Assembly: GCA_038212275.1 (NCBI GenBank)
Contig: JBBQUR010000009.1
Coordinates: 96,001-160,000, forward strand
Direction of reading: 5' to 3'
Length of the DNA: 64,000 nt
Source of the DNA: Planctomycetota bacterium
Lineage (GTDB): Bacteria; Planctomycetota; B15-G4
Of this stretch, positions 1-10,553 are shown in pieces (within the stretch, counting starts at the first letter, position 1; each line of letters opens with the position of its first letter). The notes under the pieces were generated by a model. That model was not told where the DNA came from. It was given only the letters and a program-made list of their open reading frames with translations, and searched no databases. A program made the position numbers and the translations under genes.

Positions 1-1
1 C

Positions 2-112
2 AACAAGCCGGCCGGCGGCACGACGGTGCCCGTGGCCGCCAAAGCAGCCACGCGCGACGAGCCGGGCCCCGGCCTCGCCGGTGGCGGCCTGCCGGTGCCC
101 GGCACGGCGTGA
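2..112 (+). CDS. 3' end of an upstream gene (partial), possibly the FtsH C-terminal tail
   Basis: Open frame NKPAGG...GLAGGGLPVPGTA* ends at TGA 110-112, 9 nt before folP. The ftsH guess rests only on the common ftsH-folP gene order. Confidence 0.35.
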   Translation, partial: NKPAGGTTVPVAAKAATRDEPGPGLAGGGLPVPGTA

Positions 113-121
113 GTTGAGCGC

Positions 122-1063
122 ATGAGCTCGCGTGCGCTGCCGCCATCCGGGGCGACGCACGTGATGGGCGTGCTGAACCTCACGCCCGACAGCTTCAGCG
201 ACGGCGGGCGCTTCGGCGGCGCCGCGCGCGATGAGCGTGCGCCGCGTCCCGACGCGCCGCTGCGGGCGCCTGGCGCCGCGTTCCGCCCGGATGTCGCCAG
301 GGTGCTGACCGAGGCGCGGCGCATGGTCGCGGACGGTGCGGCGCTGCTCGACGTCGGCGCGGTGTCCACGCGGCCCGGCGCGGCGGACGTCACGCCGGAC
401 GAGGAGTGGGCGCGGCTGGCGCCGATCCTTGCGCCGCTGCGCGCGGCGGTGTCCGTGCCGCTCTCGCTCGACACGACGAGCGCCGCCGTGCTCGAGCGCG
501 CGCTGGCCGTCGGCGTGGACCTGCTGAACGACGTGTCGGCGCTCGGCGCGGACCCGCGCATGGCGGCCGTCGCCGCAGCCAGCGGACTGCCCGTCGTGCT
601 CATGCACCGGCGCGGCACGCCGGCCACGATGCAGCACGCGCCGCACTACGAGGATGCGCCGGCCGAGGTGTGGCAGGAGCTGCTCGCTGCGATCGCGCGC
701 GCAGACGCCGCAGGCATCTCGCACGAGCGCCTGCTGCTTGACCCGGGCATCGGCTTCGGCAAGCGCGCGGAAGACAATGTTGCCTTGCTTGCCGCGTTGC
801 CCGCGTTCGTCGCCGCCGCGCATGCGGCCGGTGCCCGCACGCTGCTCGGCTGCTCGCGCAAGGCCTTCCTCGGCGCGCTCATCGCGCGCGAGAGCGATGG
901 CGCGCCCGTTGCGGAGCGCGAGCACGCCACGACCGCGACCACCGTGCTGGCTGCGCTGGCCGGCGTGGACTTCATCCGCGTGCACGACGTCCGCGCCGCG
1001 TCCGACGCGCTGGCCGTGACGGCCGCCGTCCGCGCTGCCGAAGGAAGCCTCCTTCGCGCGTAG
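122..1063 (+). CDS. folP: Dihydropteroate synthase
   Basis: MGVLNLTPDSFSDGG, DVGAVSTRPG, LDPGIGFGK, GCSRKAF and IRVHDV motifs. Confidence 0.97.
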   Translation: MSSRALPPSGATHVMGVLNLTPDSFSDGGRFGGAARDERAPRPDAPLRAPGAAFRPDVARVLTEARRMVADGAALLDVGAVSTRPGAADVTPDEEWARLAPILAPLRAAVSVPLSLDTTSAAVLERALAVGVDLLNDVSALGADPRMAAVAAASGLPVVLMHRRGTPATMQHAPHYEDAPAEVWQELLAAIARADAAGISHERLLLDPGIGFGKRAEDNVALLAALPAFVAAAHAAGARTLLGCSRKAFLGALIARESDGAPVAEREHATTATTVLAALAGVDFIRVHDVRAASDALAVTAAVRAAEGSLLRA

Positions 1064-1212
1064 TTCAGTTCGCGTGACCATGAGAGAGCGACCAAGCGCT
1101 CCCCCCGCGGGAGCGCGCGGCGCCGGGCAGCCGGCCACCGCCGTCCCTCAGCCCGAGTGCCTCACGCCGGCCTGCTGCAGCGCCACGACCGGATGAGGCG
1201 CGCGCCGAATCT

Positions 1213-1485
1213 TCAGCGCACGGAGGAACCTGAACGTGGCGCCGGCGCACCGCGCAGCAGGCCCTCGACGCTGAGGTCCTCGTCGACGTCGGGCCAGTGG
1301 ATGCCGAAACCGCCGCCGCTGGGCTTCCAGTTGGCACGTTGGGCCGGTGTGGCGCCGAGCAACCGCGGGAACCAGGACAGCGGCACGGACAACGAACGGC
1401 CATCGGCCAGATCCACGACAAGCGCCGTGTCCGTGCAGTGCACGTTCACGACCCGCTCACCCGGCTTGTGATTCGAAGTAGCCAT
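1213..1485 (-). CDS. DUF2442-family protein (putative antitoxin)
   Basis: LADGRSLSVPLSWFPRL...GIHWPDVDEDLSVEGLL matches the family as I recall it; overlaps the DUF4160 gene. Confidence 0.85.
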   Translation of the reverse strand: MATSNHKPGERVVNVHCTDTALVVDLADGRSLSVPLSWFPRLLGATPAQRANWKPSGGGFGIHWPDVDEDLSVEGLLRGAPAPRSGSSVR

Positions 1486-1702
1486 GCCACGCCTCCAGGA
1501 GTTGGGCTTGGTGTGCCCACAGAATACTGCGGATCCGACGAAGGTCTACGGCGCCGAATCCCCGGTTGCGGGCAAGTCGCATCGATTCGAGCCAGAACTT
1601 GGCCGACTGATCATCGCGATCGACATGCACGTGGGGCAGTTCGTTCAGCTCGTGGCTGTGAAAGTAGACGCGGTATGGGCCGCTCCTCAGGACGGTCGGC
1701 AT
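1457..1702 (-). CDS. DUF4160-family protein (putative toxin)
   Basis: MPTVLRSGPYRVYFHSHE...PHVHV...AKFWL...LLEAWHGYF; the usual partner of DUF2442. Confidence 0.85.
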   Translation of the reverse strand: MPTVLRSGPYRVYFHSHELNELPHVHVDRDDQSAKFWLESMRLARNRGFGAVDLRRIRSILWAHQAQLLEAWHGYFESQAG

Positions 1703-1774
1703 CGTGTTCTTCCCGGCGAGCTACGGCGGACCTTGCCTCTCACTCGCTGACGGCAGCGCAGCCCTGGAGTTACT

Positions 1775-2261
1775 CACGCACCGGCGCGGCACGCCGGCCA
1801 CGATGCAGCTCGCGCCGCATGACGATGACGCACCGCGCGAGGTGTAGGCCGAGCTGCTCGCTGCGGTCGCGCGCGCCGACGCCGCCGGCATCTCGCGCGA
1901 GCGCCTGCTGCTTGACCCGGGCATCGGCTTCGGCAAGCGCGCAGAAGACAGTGTTGCCTTGCTTGCCGCGTTGCCCGCGTTCGTCGCCGCCGCGCATGCG
2001 GCCGGTGCCCGCACGCTGCTCGGCTGCTCGCGCAAGGCCTTCCTCGGCGCGCTCAGCGCGCGTCCCGGCGACCCTGCGCAGCGCCCGGCCGCCGACCGTG
2101 ATCACGCCACGACTGCGACCACAGTGCTCGCCGCGCAGGCCGGCGTGGACTTCGTCCGCGTGCACGACGTGCACGACGTGCGCGCCGCCGCCGATGCGCT
2201 GGCCGTCATCGCCGCGATTCGCGCCGTGGCGGCGGGCCGCGCGGCAGGCCCTCCACGCTGA
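1775..2261 (+). pseudogene. folP: Duplicated, degenerate 3' half of folP
   Basis: About 1851-2055 is near-identical to about 677-882. There is an in-frame TAG at 1845-1847 (TGG in the intact copy), no 5' half, and a VHDVHDV duplication. Confidence 0.9.
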
Positions 2262-2298
2262 GGTCCTCGTCGATGTTCGGCCGGGGGATCCCGAAGCC
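2238..2298 (-). pseudogene. Remnant of a second DUF2442 C-terminus
   Basis: Reads GFGIPRPNIDEDLSVEGLPR versus GFGIHWPDVDEDLSVEGLLR at about 1252-1312. Confidence 0.7.
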
Positions 2299-2482
2299 CT
2301 GGTTGCGGGCCAGCCCCACCGGCGCCAGCCAGTCGTCGTCCGACTCGTCCCGCGCTCGCCAAGGCTCCCCGCGTGAGCGCGCGGCGCTCAGCAGCCGGCC
2401 ACCGCGCGCTCACCAGCAGACCGGGTTCTCGCCGGCCTGCTGCAGCGCCGCCCAGACCCCACCAGCTCCCATCAAGGCGCAC

Positions 2483-3850
2483 CTATTTGGACATGATCCA
2501 CTGCGCGAGGCGGCGCCAGGTCGGCGCCTGGCCCTGGCTCAGGATGCCGATGCGGAAGATCTTGCCGCCGGCCCAGATGCACAGGGCGGTGCAGAGCACG
2601 GTGAGCACGACGGCCAGCACCAGTTCCCACGCCGCGGGGCCCGGTGGCACGGCGATGCGCAGCATCATGAGGACGGGCGTGGCCGGCGGGAAGAGCGACA
2701 TGAGGCGCGACATCGTGCTGTCGGGGCTCTGCAGCACGGGCCCGAGGAAGAACATCGGGAACATGAGCAGCAGCATCATCGGGCCCATGAGGCTCTGCGC
2801 GTCCTGCATCTCGGAGCAGCTCGCGCCGATGGCCGCGAAGAGCGAGCCGTAGATGAGCAGCGCCAGGACCTGGAACAGGGCGAACCACATCAGAATGCGC
2901 GGCGTGATGGCCGCCGCAACCTGAGGCGGCAGGCCCGAGGCGTTGTTGAGGAAGATCATCCCCGCGCCGACGTAGATGAGCGACAGCGTGAGAGTCATCA
3001 ACACGGCCGCGAGCAGCTTGCCGAGCATGAGGTCGAAGGGCGGCACCGTCGCGACGAGCACCTCCGCGATCTTCTGCATCTTCTCCTCGAGCACGGCGTT
3101 GAGCAGCGAGGGCGCCGTGGACATGACGAGCATGAAGAGCAGCAGCGTGAGCACGAGCGGCACGCCGAAGTTGGCGGCCTTGTCCGACTCCGCGGAGCGG
3201 CGCACTTCACCGCTGGCGGTGCGTCGGGCCAGGCCCATCTCGCGCAGCGCCTCGCGCTGCGACAGGCGATCCACGAGGCCTTGATCGAGACCGGCCTGCG
3301 CGAGCCGATGGCTGCGCAGCGTGGAGTTCACGACGGACTCGATCCAGTCGGGAAGGTCGTTGTAGGTGGGTGTCTCGGTCTGCCAGCTGAACTCGCGGTC
3401 GGCGGCGTCGCTTTCGTCGGCGCGCGGCGTGGGCAGGTCGTGGCCGAGGATCACGAAACCGAAGATGTCGCCGCTGCGCACGCGCTCCGAGAGTTGCAGG
3501 TCGCTCGCGGCGGCATTCGATGCGCCGTCGGCGGCCGGCTCCACGCGCTGCGGCACGAAGCGCGGCTGCAACTGCTTGCCGGGCGTTCCGGCCGAGGGGG
3601 GCGCGAAGATATCCCTCTCGTTGCGCTTCGTGGCGGCTTCGTCCAGCGCCGTCCACAGCAGGCCGCCCGTTCGATCGACGACGGCGAAGGTGCGCGGCTG
3701 GGTGTCCTTGGCCTTCTCCGAGATGGCCAGCGCAATGAAGCTGCCGCCCATGAGCAGCGGCATGAGCAGCACGCCGATGATGAACGCCTTGCTCCGCACG
3801 GCCTTGAGGTACTCGGTGCGCGCGACGACGAGGGCCTTAACGGACATCAT
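2483..3850 (-). CDS. ABC-2 type transporter permease (NatB/YhaP-like)
   Basis: N-terminal TM helix, large loop, VLEEKMQKIAEVL...LMLGK motif and 5 further TM helices. The start ATG overlaps the 3' end of the ATPase gene. Confidence 0.9.
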   Translation of the reverse strand: MMSVKALVVARTEYLKAVRSKAFIIGVLLMPLLMGGSFIALAISEKAKDTQPRTFAVVDRTGGLLWTALDEAATKRNERDIFAPPSAGTPGKQLQPRFVPQRVEPAADGASNAAASDLQLSERVRSGDIFGFVILGHDLPTPRADESDAADREFSWQTETPTYNDLPDWIESVVNSTLRSHRLAQAGLDQGLVDRLSQREALREMGLARRTASGEVRRSAESDKAANFGVPLVLTLLLFMLVMSTAPSLLNAVLEEKMQKIAEVLVATVPPFDLMLGKLLAAVLMTLTLSLIYVGAGMIFLNNASGLPPQVAAAITPRILMWFALFQVLALLIYGSLFAAIGASCSEMQDAQSLMGPMMLLLMFPMFFLGPVLQSPDSTMSRLMSLFPPATPVLMMLRIAVPPGPAAWELVLAVVLTVLCTALCIWAGGKIFRIGILSQGQAPTWRRLAQWIMSK

Positions 3851-4784
3851 CTGCTCCGCGTGCGCCCGAGGCTGCGGCGGCCGCGGCCTCCGGACCCGCG
3901 ATGCGCACGAAGATGTCGTGCAGCGACGGCCGGCTGATCTCGAAGAGCGACACGCGCGTCCGTTCCGCGAGGAACTGCAGCAGCGACTGCGCCGCGTCGC
4001 GCTGCGCGAGGCGCACCTCCTGGTAGTTGCCCATGTCGACGAGGGCCTCCACGGACGGGTGGCCGGCGAGCAGTTCGCGGGCGCCGTCGGCGCGCAGCCG
4101 CACGCTGTCCGTGCCGTAGCGGGCCTGGATGGCATCCAGCGTGCCGTCGAGCACCTTCTCGCCCTTGAAGATCATGCAGAGGAAGTCGCACATGCGCTCG
4201 GCCATCTCCATGTCGTGCGTGGAGAAGAGCACCGTGGTGCCGCGCCGGTTGAGCTCGAGAATCGCCTCGCGCAGCACGTTGAGGTTCACGGGGTCGAGCC
4301 CGGAGAAGGGTTCGTCCAGGATGACGAGGTCGGGCGCGTGCAGCACCGTCGAGATGAACTGCACCTTCTGCGCCATGCCCTTGGACAGCGCCTCGATCTT
4401 GCGCCCGCCCCAGGCCGAGAGCCCCATGCGCTCCAGCCACTCGGCGCCGGCGGCGCGGGCGTCGCGCCGGGGCAGACCCTTGAGCGCGCCGTAGTAGGCC
4501 AGCAGGTCCAGCACCTTCATCTTCTTGTAGAGGCCGCGCTCCTCGGGCAGGTAGCCGACCCGATCGTTGGCGGCCCGCGTGCCCTCGCTGCCCAGCACCT
4601 CGATGCGGCCTGCGTCCGGCAGGAGGATGCGGAGCAGCATGCGGATGGTGGTCGTCTTGCCCGAGCCGTTGGGGCCGATGAAGCCGTAGATGCATCCGCG
4701 CGGCACTGCCAGCGAGAGCTCGCGCACGGCCACGTGGGAGCCGAAGGTCTTGGTGACGCGCTCGAGCGCGACGGCAGCATCCAC
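3837..4784 (-). CDS. ABC transporter ATP-binding protein (NatA/YhaQ-like)
   Basis: GPNGSGKTT, LSKGM, LILDEPFSGLDP-type Walker B; GTG start preceded by GGAGGA. Confidence 0.93.
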   Translation of the reverse strand: MDAAVALERVTKTFGSHVAVRELSLAVPRGCIYGFIGPNGSGKTTTIRMLLRILLPDAGRIEVLGSEGTRAANDRVGYLPEERGLYKKMKVLDLLAYYGALKGLPRRDARAAGAEWLERMGLSAWGGRKIEALSKGMAQKVQFISTVLHAPDLVILDEPFSGLDPVNLNVLREAILELNRRGTTVLFSTHDMEMAERMCDFLCMIFKGEKVLDGTLDAIQARYGTDSVRLRADGARELLAGHPSVEALVDMGNYQEVRLAQRDAAQSLLQFLAERTRVSLFEISRPSLHDIFVRIAGPEAAAAAASGARGADDVR

Positions 4785-4983
4785 GCTCGGCTCCTCCGGG
4801 AAAGGTGGCGCATCATAGCCACGGCTCGCGGAGACCCGGCAGCTCCGTATCGTGGCGCGGCGACGACGCGGCGAGCCTGCGTGCGCGGCTGTTCGCGCCC
4901 GTCCGGCCGGTGGCTTCCGGGCGCGAGTCGGGCTAACGTGGTGGCGCCGCGCCGACCGCCCGCGCGAGCTGAACCGAGGCCGC

Positions 4984-6165
4984 ATGTCCGCCGAGCGCTA
5001 CGACAATCCCTTCGAGCGGTACTCGTACCGCAGCCCGCTCATCGAATTGCTCCGTGCCGGCAGCGGTCGCCTCGCGTGCGGCCGCATCACGGTGCGCACC
5101 GCGCGCAGCTTCGGCTTCTGCTGGGGCGTGGACCGCGCCGTGGCCATGGTGCACGACGCCCTCGCGCAGCATCACCCGCAGCGGCGCCTCTGGCTGCTCG
5201 ACCAGATCATCCACAACCCGCACGTGAATGCGGACTTCAAGACCAAGGGCGTGCGCTTCCTGCGCGGCCCCTTCAGCGACCCGGGCGTGGACGATGCGCT
5301 GGGCCCCGACGACGTGGTGGTGATCCCCGCGTTTTCCGCAACCGTCGAGGACATGACGCACCTGCGCGCGGCCGGCTGCACCATCGTCGACACGACCTGC
5401 CCGTGGGTCATCAAGCCGCACAAGCGCACGCTCAAATACGTGTCCGACGGGTTCACCACGCTGATCCACGGCCTGGTGCGGCACGAGGAGACGCGCGCGA
5501 GCTGCAGCCTCATCGCCTCGCGCGGCGGGCACTACGTGGTGGTGGCCGAGAAGAACCAGGCGCAGCTCGTGTGCGACGTGATCATCGGGCGCCAGCCGGG
5601 AAGTCGCCTGGCCGAGGTGCTGCCCGCCGAGGCGATGTCGCGCGGCTTCGACCCGGCCGTGCACCTCGCGCAGCTCGGCACGGTGAACCAGACTACGATG
5701 CTGGCCAGCGAGACGCGGGAGATCGAGCGCATGGTGCGCGCGGCCATCGCCCTGCGCGACGGCGACGAGGCGGCCGGCACGAACTTCCGCGAGCTGAACA
5801 CGATCTGCCGCGCCACGCAGGAGAACCAGGACGCCGTCGCGGAAATCGCGGACGAAGACGAGCTGGATCTGCTCATCGTCGTGGGCGGCTACGACAGCAG
5901 CAACACGCGCAACCTCACGCGCGTCGGCGGCGCCCGCTTCCCCAGCTTTCACGTGGACGGGCCGGCCAGCATCCGCGCCCACGAGATCGTGCACCGCTGC
6001 CCCGAGACCGACCGCATCCTGACCACGCCCAACTGGCTGCCCGAGGGCGACCTCACGGTCGGCTTCACGGCCGGTGCCTCGACGCCCGACGTGCACCTCG
6101 GCGCGACGATCCAGAGCGTGCTCTCGGTGGCGGGTGCTCCGCTGGACGCGGCCCTCGCGCGGTGA
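4984..6165 (+). CDS. ispH: 4-hydroxy-3-methylbut-2-enyl diphosphate reductase
   Basis: FGFCWGV, IIHNP, DTTCPWV, NQTTM, TICRATQENQ and VGGYDSSNT motifs. Confidence 0.95.
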   Translation: MSAERYDNPFERYSYRSPLIELLRAGSGRLACGRITVRTARSFGFCWGVDRAVAMVHDALAQHHPQRRLWLLDQIIHNPHVNADFKTKGVRFLRGPFSDPGVDDALGPDDVVVIPAFSATVEDMTHLRAAGCTIVDTTCPWVIKPHKRTLKYVSDGFTTLIHGLVRHEETRASCSLIASRGGHYVVVAEKNQAQLVCDVIIGRQPGSRLAEVLPAEAMSRGFDPAVHLAQLGTVNQTTMLASETREIERMVRAAIALRDGDEAAGTNFRELNTICRATQENQDAVAEIADEDELDLLIVVGGYDSSNTRNLTRVGGARFPSFHVDGPASIRAHEIVHRCPETDRILTTPNWLPEGDLTVGFTAGASTPDVHLGATIQSVLSVAGAPLDAALAR

Positions 6166-7067
6166 ACGCCGCTCCCGGCAGGATCACGCTGCGGAGTTTC
6201 GCGCCGGCACTCGCCGTGCTCGTGCTCGCCTGTCCGCTGCTCGCGCAGGCGCTGCCGCCTAGCCTGTCTCCCTTCGGCGACGAGGAACCCGAGCGCGCGC
6301 GCGACCTCGTCAGCGCGATCATCGAGATCGGCCTGCTGACGTGGTTCTTCTACATCCTGCTGAAGTTCCTGCACGGCAAGGCCGGGCTGGCCGTGCTCAA
6401 GGGCCTGCTCATCACGCTGGCCACGATCGTGCTGAGCCTGGCTGCGGTCTCCTTTCTGGCGGGCGTGCGCTTTCCGCGGCTGCAGGTCGCCGGCACGTAC
6501 ATGCTGCCGTTCATGATCGTGGTGCTGGTGGTGCTGTTCCAACCGGAGTTGCGCCGCGGCCTGCTGCGGCTCTCGGAGGCCGGCTCGATCATCACGCCCG
6601 GCAGCCCCGGTCACCTCTCCGACCTGTGCACCTCGTTCCGCGCCCTCGCGCGCCGCCACACCGGCGCTCTCGTCGTCTTCGAGCGCCAGACCGGCATCAA
6701 GGGCCTGCAGGACACGGGCATCCCGCTGGACGCCACGCTCTCCGGCGCGCTCATCGAGTCCATCTTCTATCCGAAGAGCCCGATGCACGACGGGGCGGTC
6801 ATCGTGCGAGAGGGGCGCATCGTCGCGGCGTGCTGCATGCTGCCGCTCACCGAGAGCACCGCGCTGTCGCGCGAACTCGGCACGCGGCATCGCGCAGCGA
6901 TCGGTGTCACCGAGGAGAGCGACGCGGTGGCGGTGGTCGTCAGCGAGGAGACCGGGCGCATCACCGTCGTGCATCGCGGGCGCCTGCAACCGGTGGAGGA
7001 CCCGCTCGGCCTCGACGCGCTGCTCGGCGAACTGCTGCACGCCTACGAGCCGGAAGAGGCCTCATGA
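6162..7067 (+). CDS. cdaA: Membrane diadenylate cyclase CdaA/DacA
   Basis: TM helices, LFQPELRRGL, catalytic SPMHDGA and GTRHRAA, VVSEETG; GTG overlaps the ispH stop. Confidence 0.95.
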   Translation: MNAAPGRITLRSFAPALAVLVLACPLLAQALPPSLSPFGDEEPERARDLVSAIIEIGLLTWFFYILLKFLHGKAGLAVLKGLLITLATIVLSLAAVSFLAGVRFPRLQVAGTYMLPFMIVVLVVLFQPELRRGLLRLSEAGSIITPGSPGHLSDLCTSFRALARRHTGALVVFERQTGIKGLQDTGIPLDATLSGALIESIFYPKSPMHDGAVIVREGRIVAACCMLPLTESTALSRELGTRHRAAIGVTEESDAVAVVVSEETGRITVVHRGRLQPVEDPLGLDALLGELLHAYEPEEAS

Positions 7068-8182
7068 GCACCGACACCGGCCGTTCGCGGGAGTTCGGGC
7101 GTCGCCTCTGGCGCCTCGTCCGCCACGACATCGGGCGCAAGCTCACGGCGCTGGCCTTCGCGCTGGTGCTCTGGACGATTCTCGAGAACTTCGTGATCGA
7201 CGACGCCTCGCCGGCACTGGACGTGCGGATCGTGGCCACGCGCAGCGAGGCCGACACGCTGCGTGCGACGACGCCAGCCATCTATCTCGTCGTGCCCGAC
7301 GCGCTGCTCGTGCGCAACCTGTCCGTGCGCAGCGTGACCCTGCACGTCAAGGGCATCGCCGACGACGTGCGCAACCTGAACATGAACGCCGTGATCGAGT
7401 TCACCGTGGCGATGCTGGGCACGGCGGGCGAGAAGAGCTTCGACGTCCCGCTGGACCGCAAGCTCTTCAAGTCCGGCGGTGACCCGCCGGACCTGACGGA
7501 TTTCCGGCCGTCGCCTGAGTCGCTGCTGGTGACGCTGGCGTCGCGCCTCGAGACCGACACCACGCTCGGCTCGCTCAACGTGACCACCGAGGGCAGCCCC
7601 AAGGCCGGCTATTTTTTCCAGGAATCGCGCATTCTCGTGCGGCCCAACCAGGTGCGGCTGTCGGGCCCCAGCGCGGCCATCGCGGCGATTCGCGACGACC
7701 CCGAGCAACCGCGCCTCGCGCCCGTCCGGCTGATGGGCCGCAGCGCCACGGTGTCGCAATTCGTGGGCCTGCCCCAGGAGTTGCTCGACCAGGGCGTGAC
7801 CTTGCTGACGCCCGAGCACGTCGTCGAGGTCACGATCTTCCTCGAGCCCGAGGACGTCTCGCGCGAGCTGCTCTCCGTGCCCGTGACCTACAAGAACGAG
7901 GACGCGCTCAAGGCCAGGAAGTGGCAGGTCTCTTACAAGGACCTGGCGCTGGACCTCAAGATCACCGGTCCGCCGGGGGACCTCGACGGCCTCAGCAACG
8001 AGGAGCTCGTCCGGCGCATCGACCTGCAGTACGACTGGCGCGAGGCGACTCTGAAACAGGCGCGTCCCAAGGTGCGCGTGCTGCGCGAGGATCTGCCGCG
8101 CGCCGTGAAGGTGCACCTGCTCAGCGGCGACTCCGACCCGATCATCGAGTACCGGCTCGAGGACGTGAAGGGCACCCCGTGA
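7064..8182 (+). CDS. cdaR: CdaR/YbbR-like regulator
   Basis: N-terminal RKLTALAFALVLW anchor, YbbR-like VRPNQVRLSGP and LKITGP segments; lies between cdaA and glmM. Confidence 0.75.
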   Translation: MSTDTGRSREFGRRLWRLVRHDIGRKLTALAFALVLWTILENFVIDDASPALDVRIVATRSEADTLRATTPAIYLVVPDALLVRNLSVRSVTLHVKGIADDVRNLNMNAVIEFTVAMLGTAGEKSFDVPLDRKLFKSGGDPPDLTDFRPSPESLLVTLASRLETDTTLGSLNVTTEGSPKAGYFFQESRILVRPNQVRLSGPSAAIAAIRDDPEQPRLAPVRLMGRSATVSQFVGLPQELLDQGVTLLTPEHVVEVTIFLEPEDVSRELLSVPVTYKNEDALKARKWQVSYKDLALDLKITGPPGDLDGLSNEELVRRIDLQYDWREATLKQARPKVRVLREDLPRAVKVHLLSGDSDPIIEYRLEDVKGTP

Positions 8183-9635
8183 CCCGGCGCTGGTTCGGCA
8201 CCGACGGCATCCGCACGCGCGCCGGCGAAGCGCCGCTCGTCCCGGCCTTCCTCCAGCGGCTCGGTCGCGCGCTGGGCGAGTTCGCCGCGGCGCAGGAGCA
8301 GGCCGCCGGGCATGACGGCCGCCTCGTGCTCATCGCGCGGGACACGCGCGAATCGGGGCCGGCCATCGTGCAGGCGCTTTGCACCGGGCTGCTGGCCGCG
8401 GGCGCTCGCGTCGTGGACCTCGGCGTGGTGCCCACGGCCGGCCTCCCGGTGGCGATGCGCGCGCGCGGTGCGGCCCTCGGCATCGTGGTCTCCGCCTCGC
8501 ACAACCCGTGGACCGACAACGGCATCAAGCTCTTCGGCGCGGGCGGCGCGAAGCTCTCCGACGCGACCGAGGAGCGGCTCGAGGCGGCCGTCATCGCGCT
8601 GGGCGGCGTCGCCTCGCTGACCACGGCCGCCGGCCCTGGCGCGGCGCCCGGCCCGGCAGCGGGCGCCATCGAGCAACACGACGGCGCGGCCGACTACCGC
8701 GCCTGGCTGCTGACCCGGTTCGCGGAGCTGGACCTCTCGGGCATCCGCCTCGCCATCGATTGCGCGCACGGCGCGGCGTCGTTCACGGCCGCGGCGGTCC
8801 TGGCGGGCCTCGGGGCGCGCGTCACCTCGCTCTTCGACGCGCCCGACGGCCGCAACATCAACGCCGATTGCGGCAGCACGCATCTCGGGGCGCTCGCGGC
8901 GCACCTGCGCGCGGGCCGCGAAGACTTCGGCCTGGCCTTCGACGGCGACGCCGACCGCGTCCTCGGCGTGGACCGCGCCGGCCGCGTCTGCGACGGCGAC
9001 CACATGCTCGGCTTCCTGGGGCCCTGGCTCGCACGTCGCGGCGAGCTGCCGGGCGGCGTGGTGGTGGCCTCCGTCATGAGCAACCTCGGGCTCCAGAAAA
9101 TGCTCGAGTCGCGCGGCGTGAGCATGCTGCGCTGCCCGGTGGGGGATCGCCACGTGCTGCACGCGCTCCGCGAAGGCCGCTACGGTCTCGGCGGCGAGGC
9201 GGCCGGTCACCTGCTCTTCCGCGAGGGCGAGCATTACATCGGCGACGGACTCTTCACCTCGCTGCGACTGCTCGCGGCGCTGGCCGACACGCGCACGCCC
9301 TTCGCCGACCTCATCGAGGCCGTGCCGCGCGTGCCGCAGGTGCTGCTCAACGTCCCCGTCACGAGCCGGCCGCCGGTGGACGCCCTGCCCCGGCTGCGCG
9401 CGCGCGTCGCCGAGGAAGAGGCGCGTCACGGTGCGGACCTGCGCATCCTGCTGCGCTACTCGGGCACCGAAAACCTGGCCCGCGTCATGGTCGAGGGCGT
9501 GGATGGCGCACTGGTGGACACGCTCTCCCGAGAGCTCGCCGCGCTCTGGACCGAAGAGATCGCGGTGCAGGCGTCCAGCCCGGCCCCGGGCGGCGCCCAC
9601 GGCACGTCTCCCGGCGCGCATCCCGGCCCGGCGCG

Positions 9636-9639
<4 letters not shown>
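8179..9639 (+). CDS. glmM: Phosphoglucosamine mutase
   Basis: WFGTDGIR, SASHNP, FDGDADR, SVMSNLGL and LRYSGTENLARVMVEG motifs. Confidence 0.95.

Positions 9640-10553
<914 letters not shown>

Noticed and set aside
1845..1847. Amber codon recoding in the second folP copy
   Set aside because: The copy lacks the 5' half and shows other decay, so a pseudogene is the simpler explanation.
3366..7067. 1233-aa ORF as a large diadenylate cyclase
   Set aside because: The upstream part overlaps the ABC genes (antisense) and ispH (other frame); cdaA starts at about 6162.
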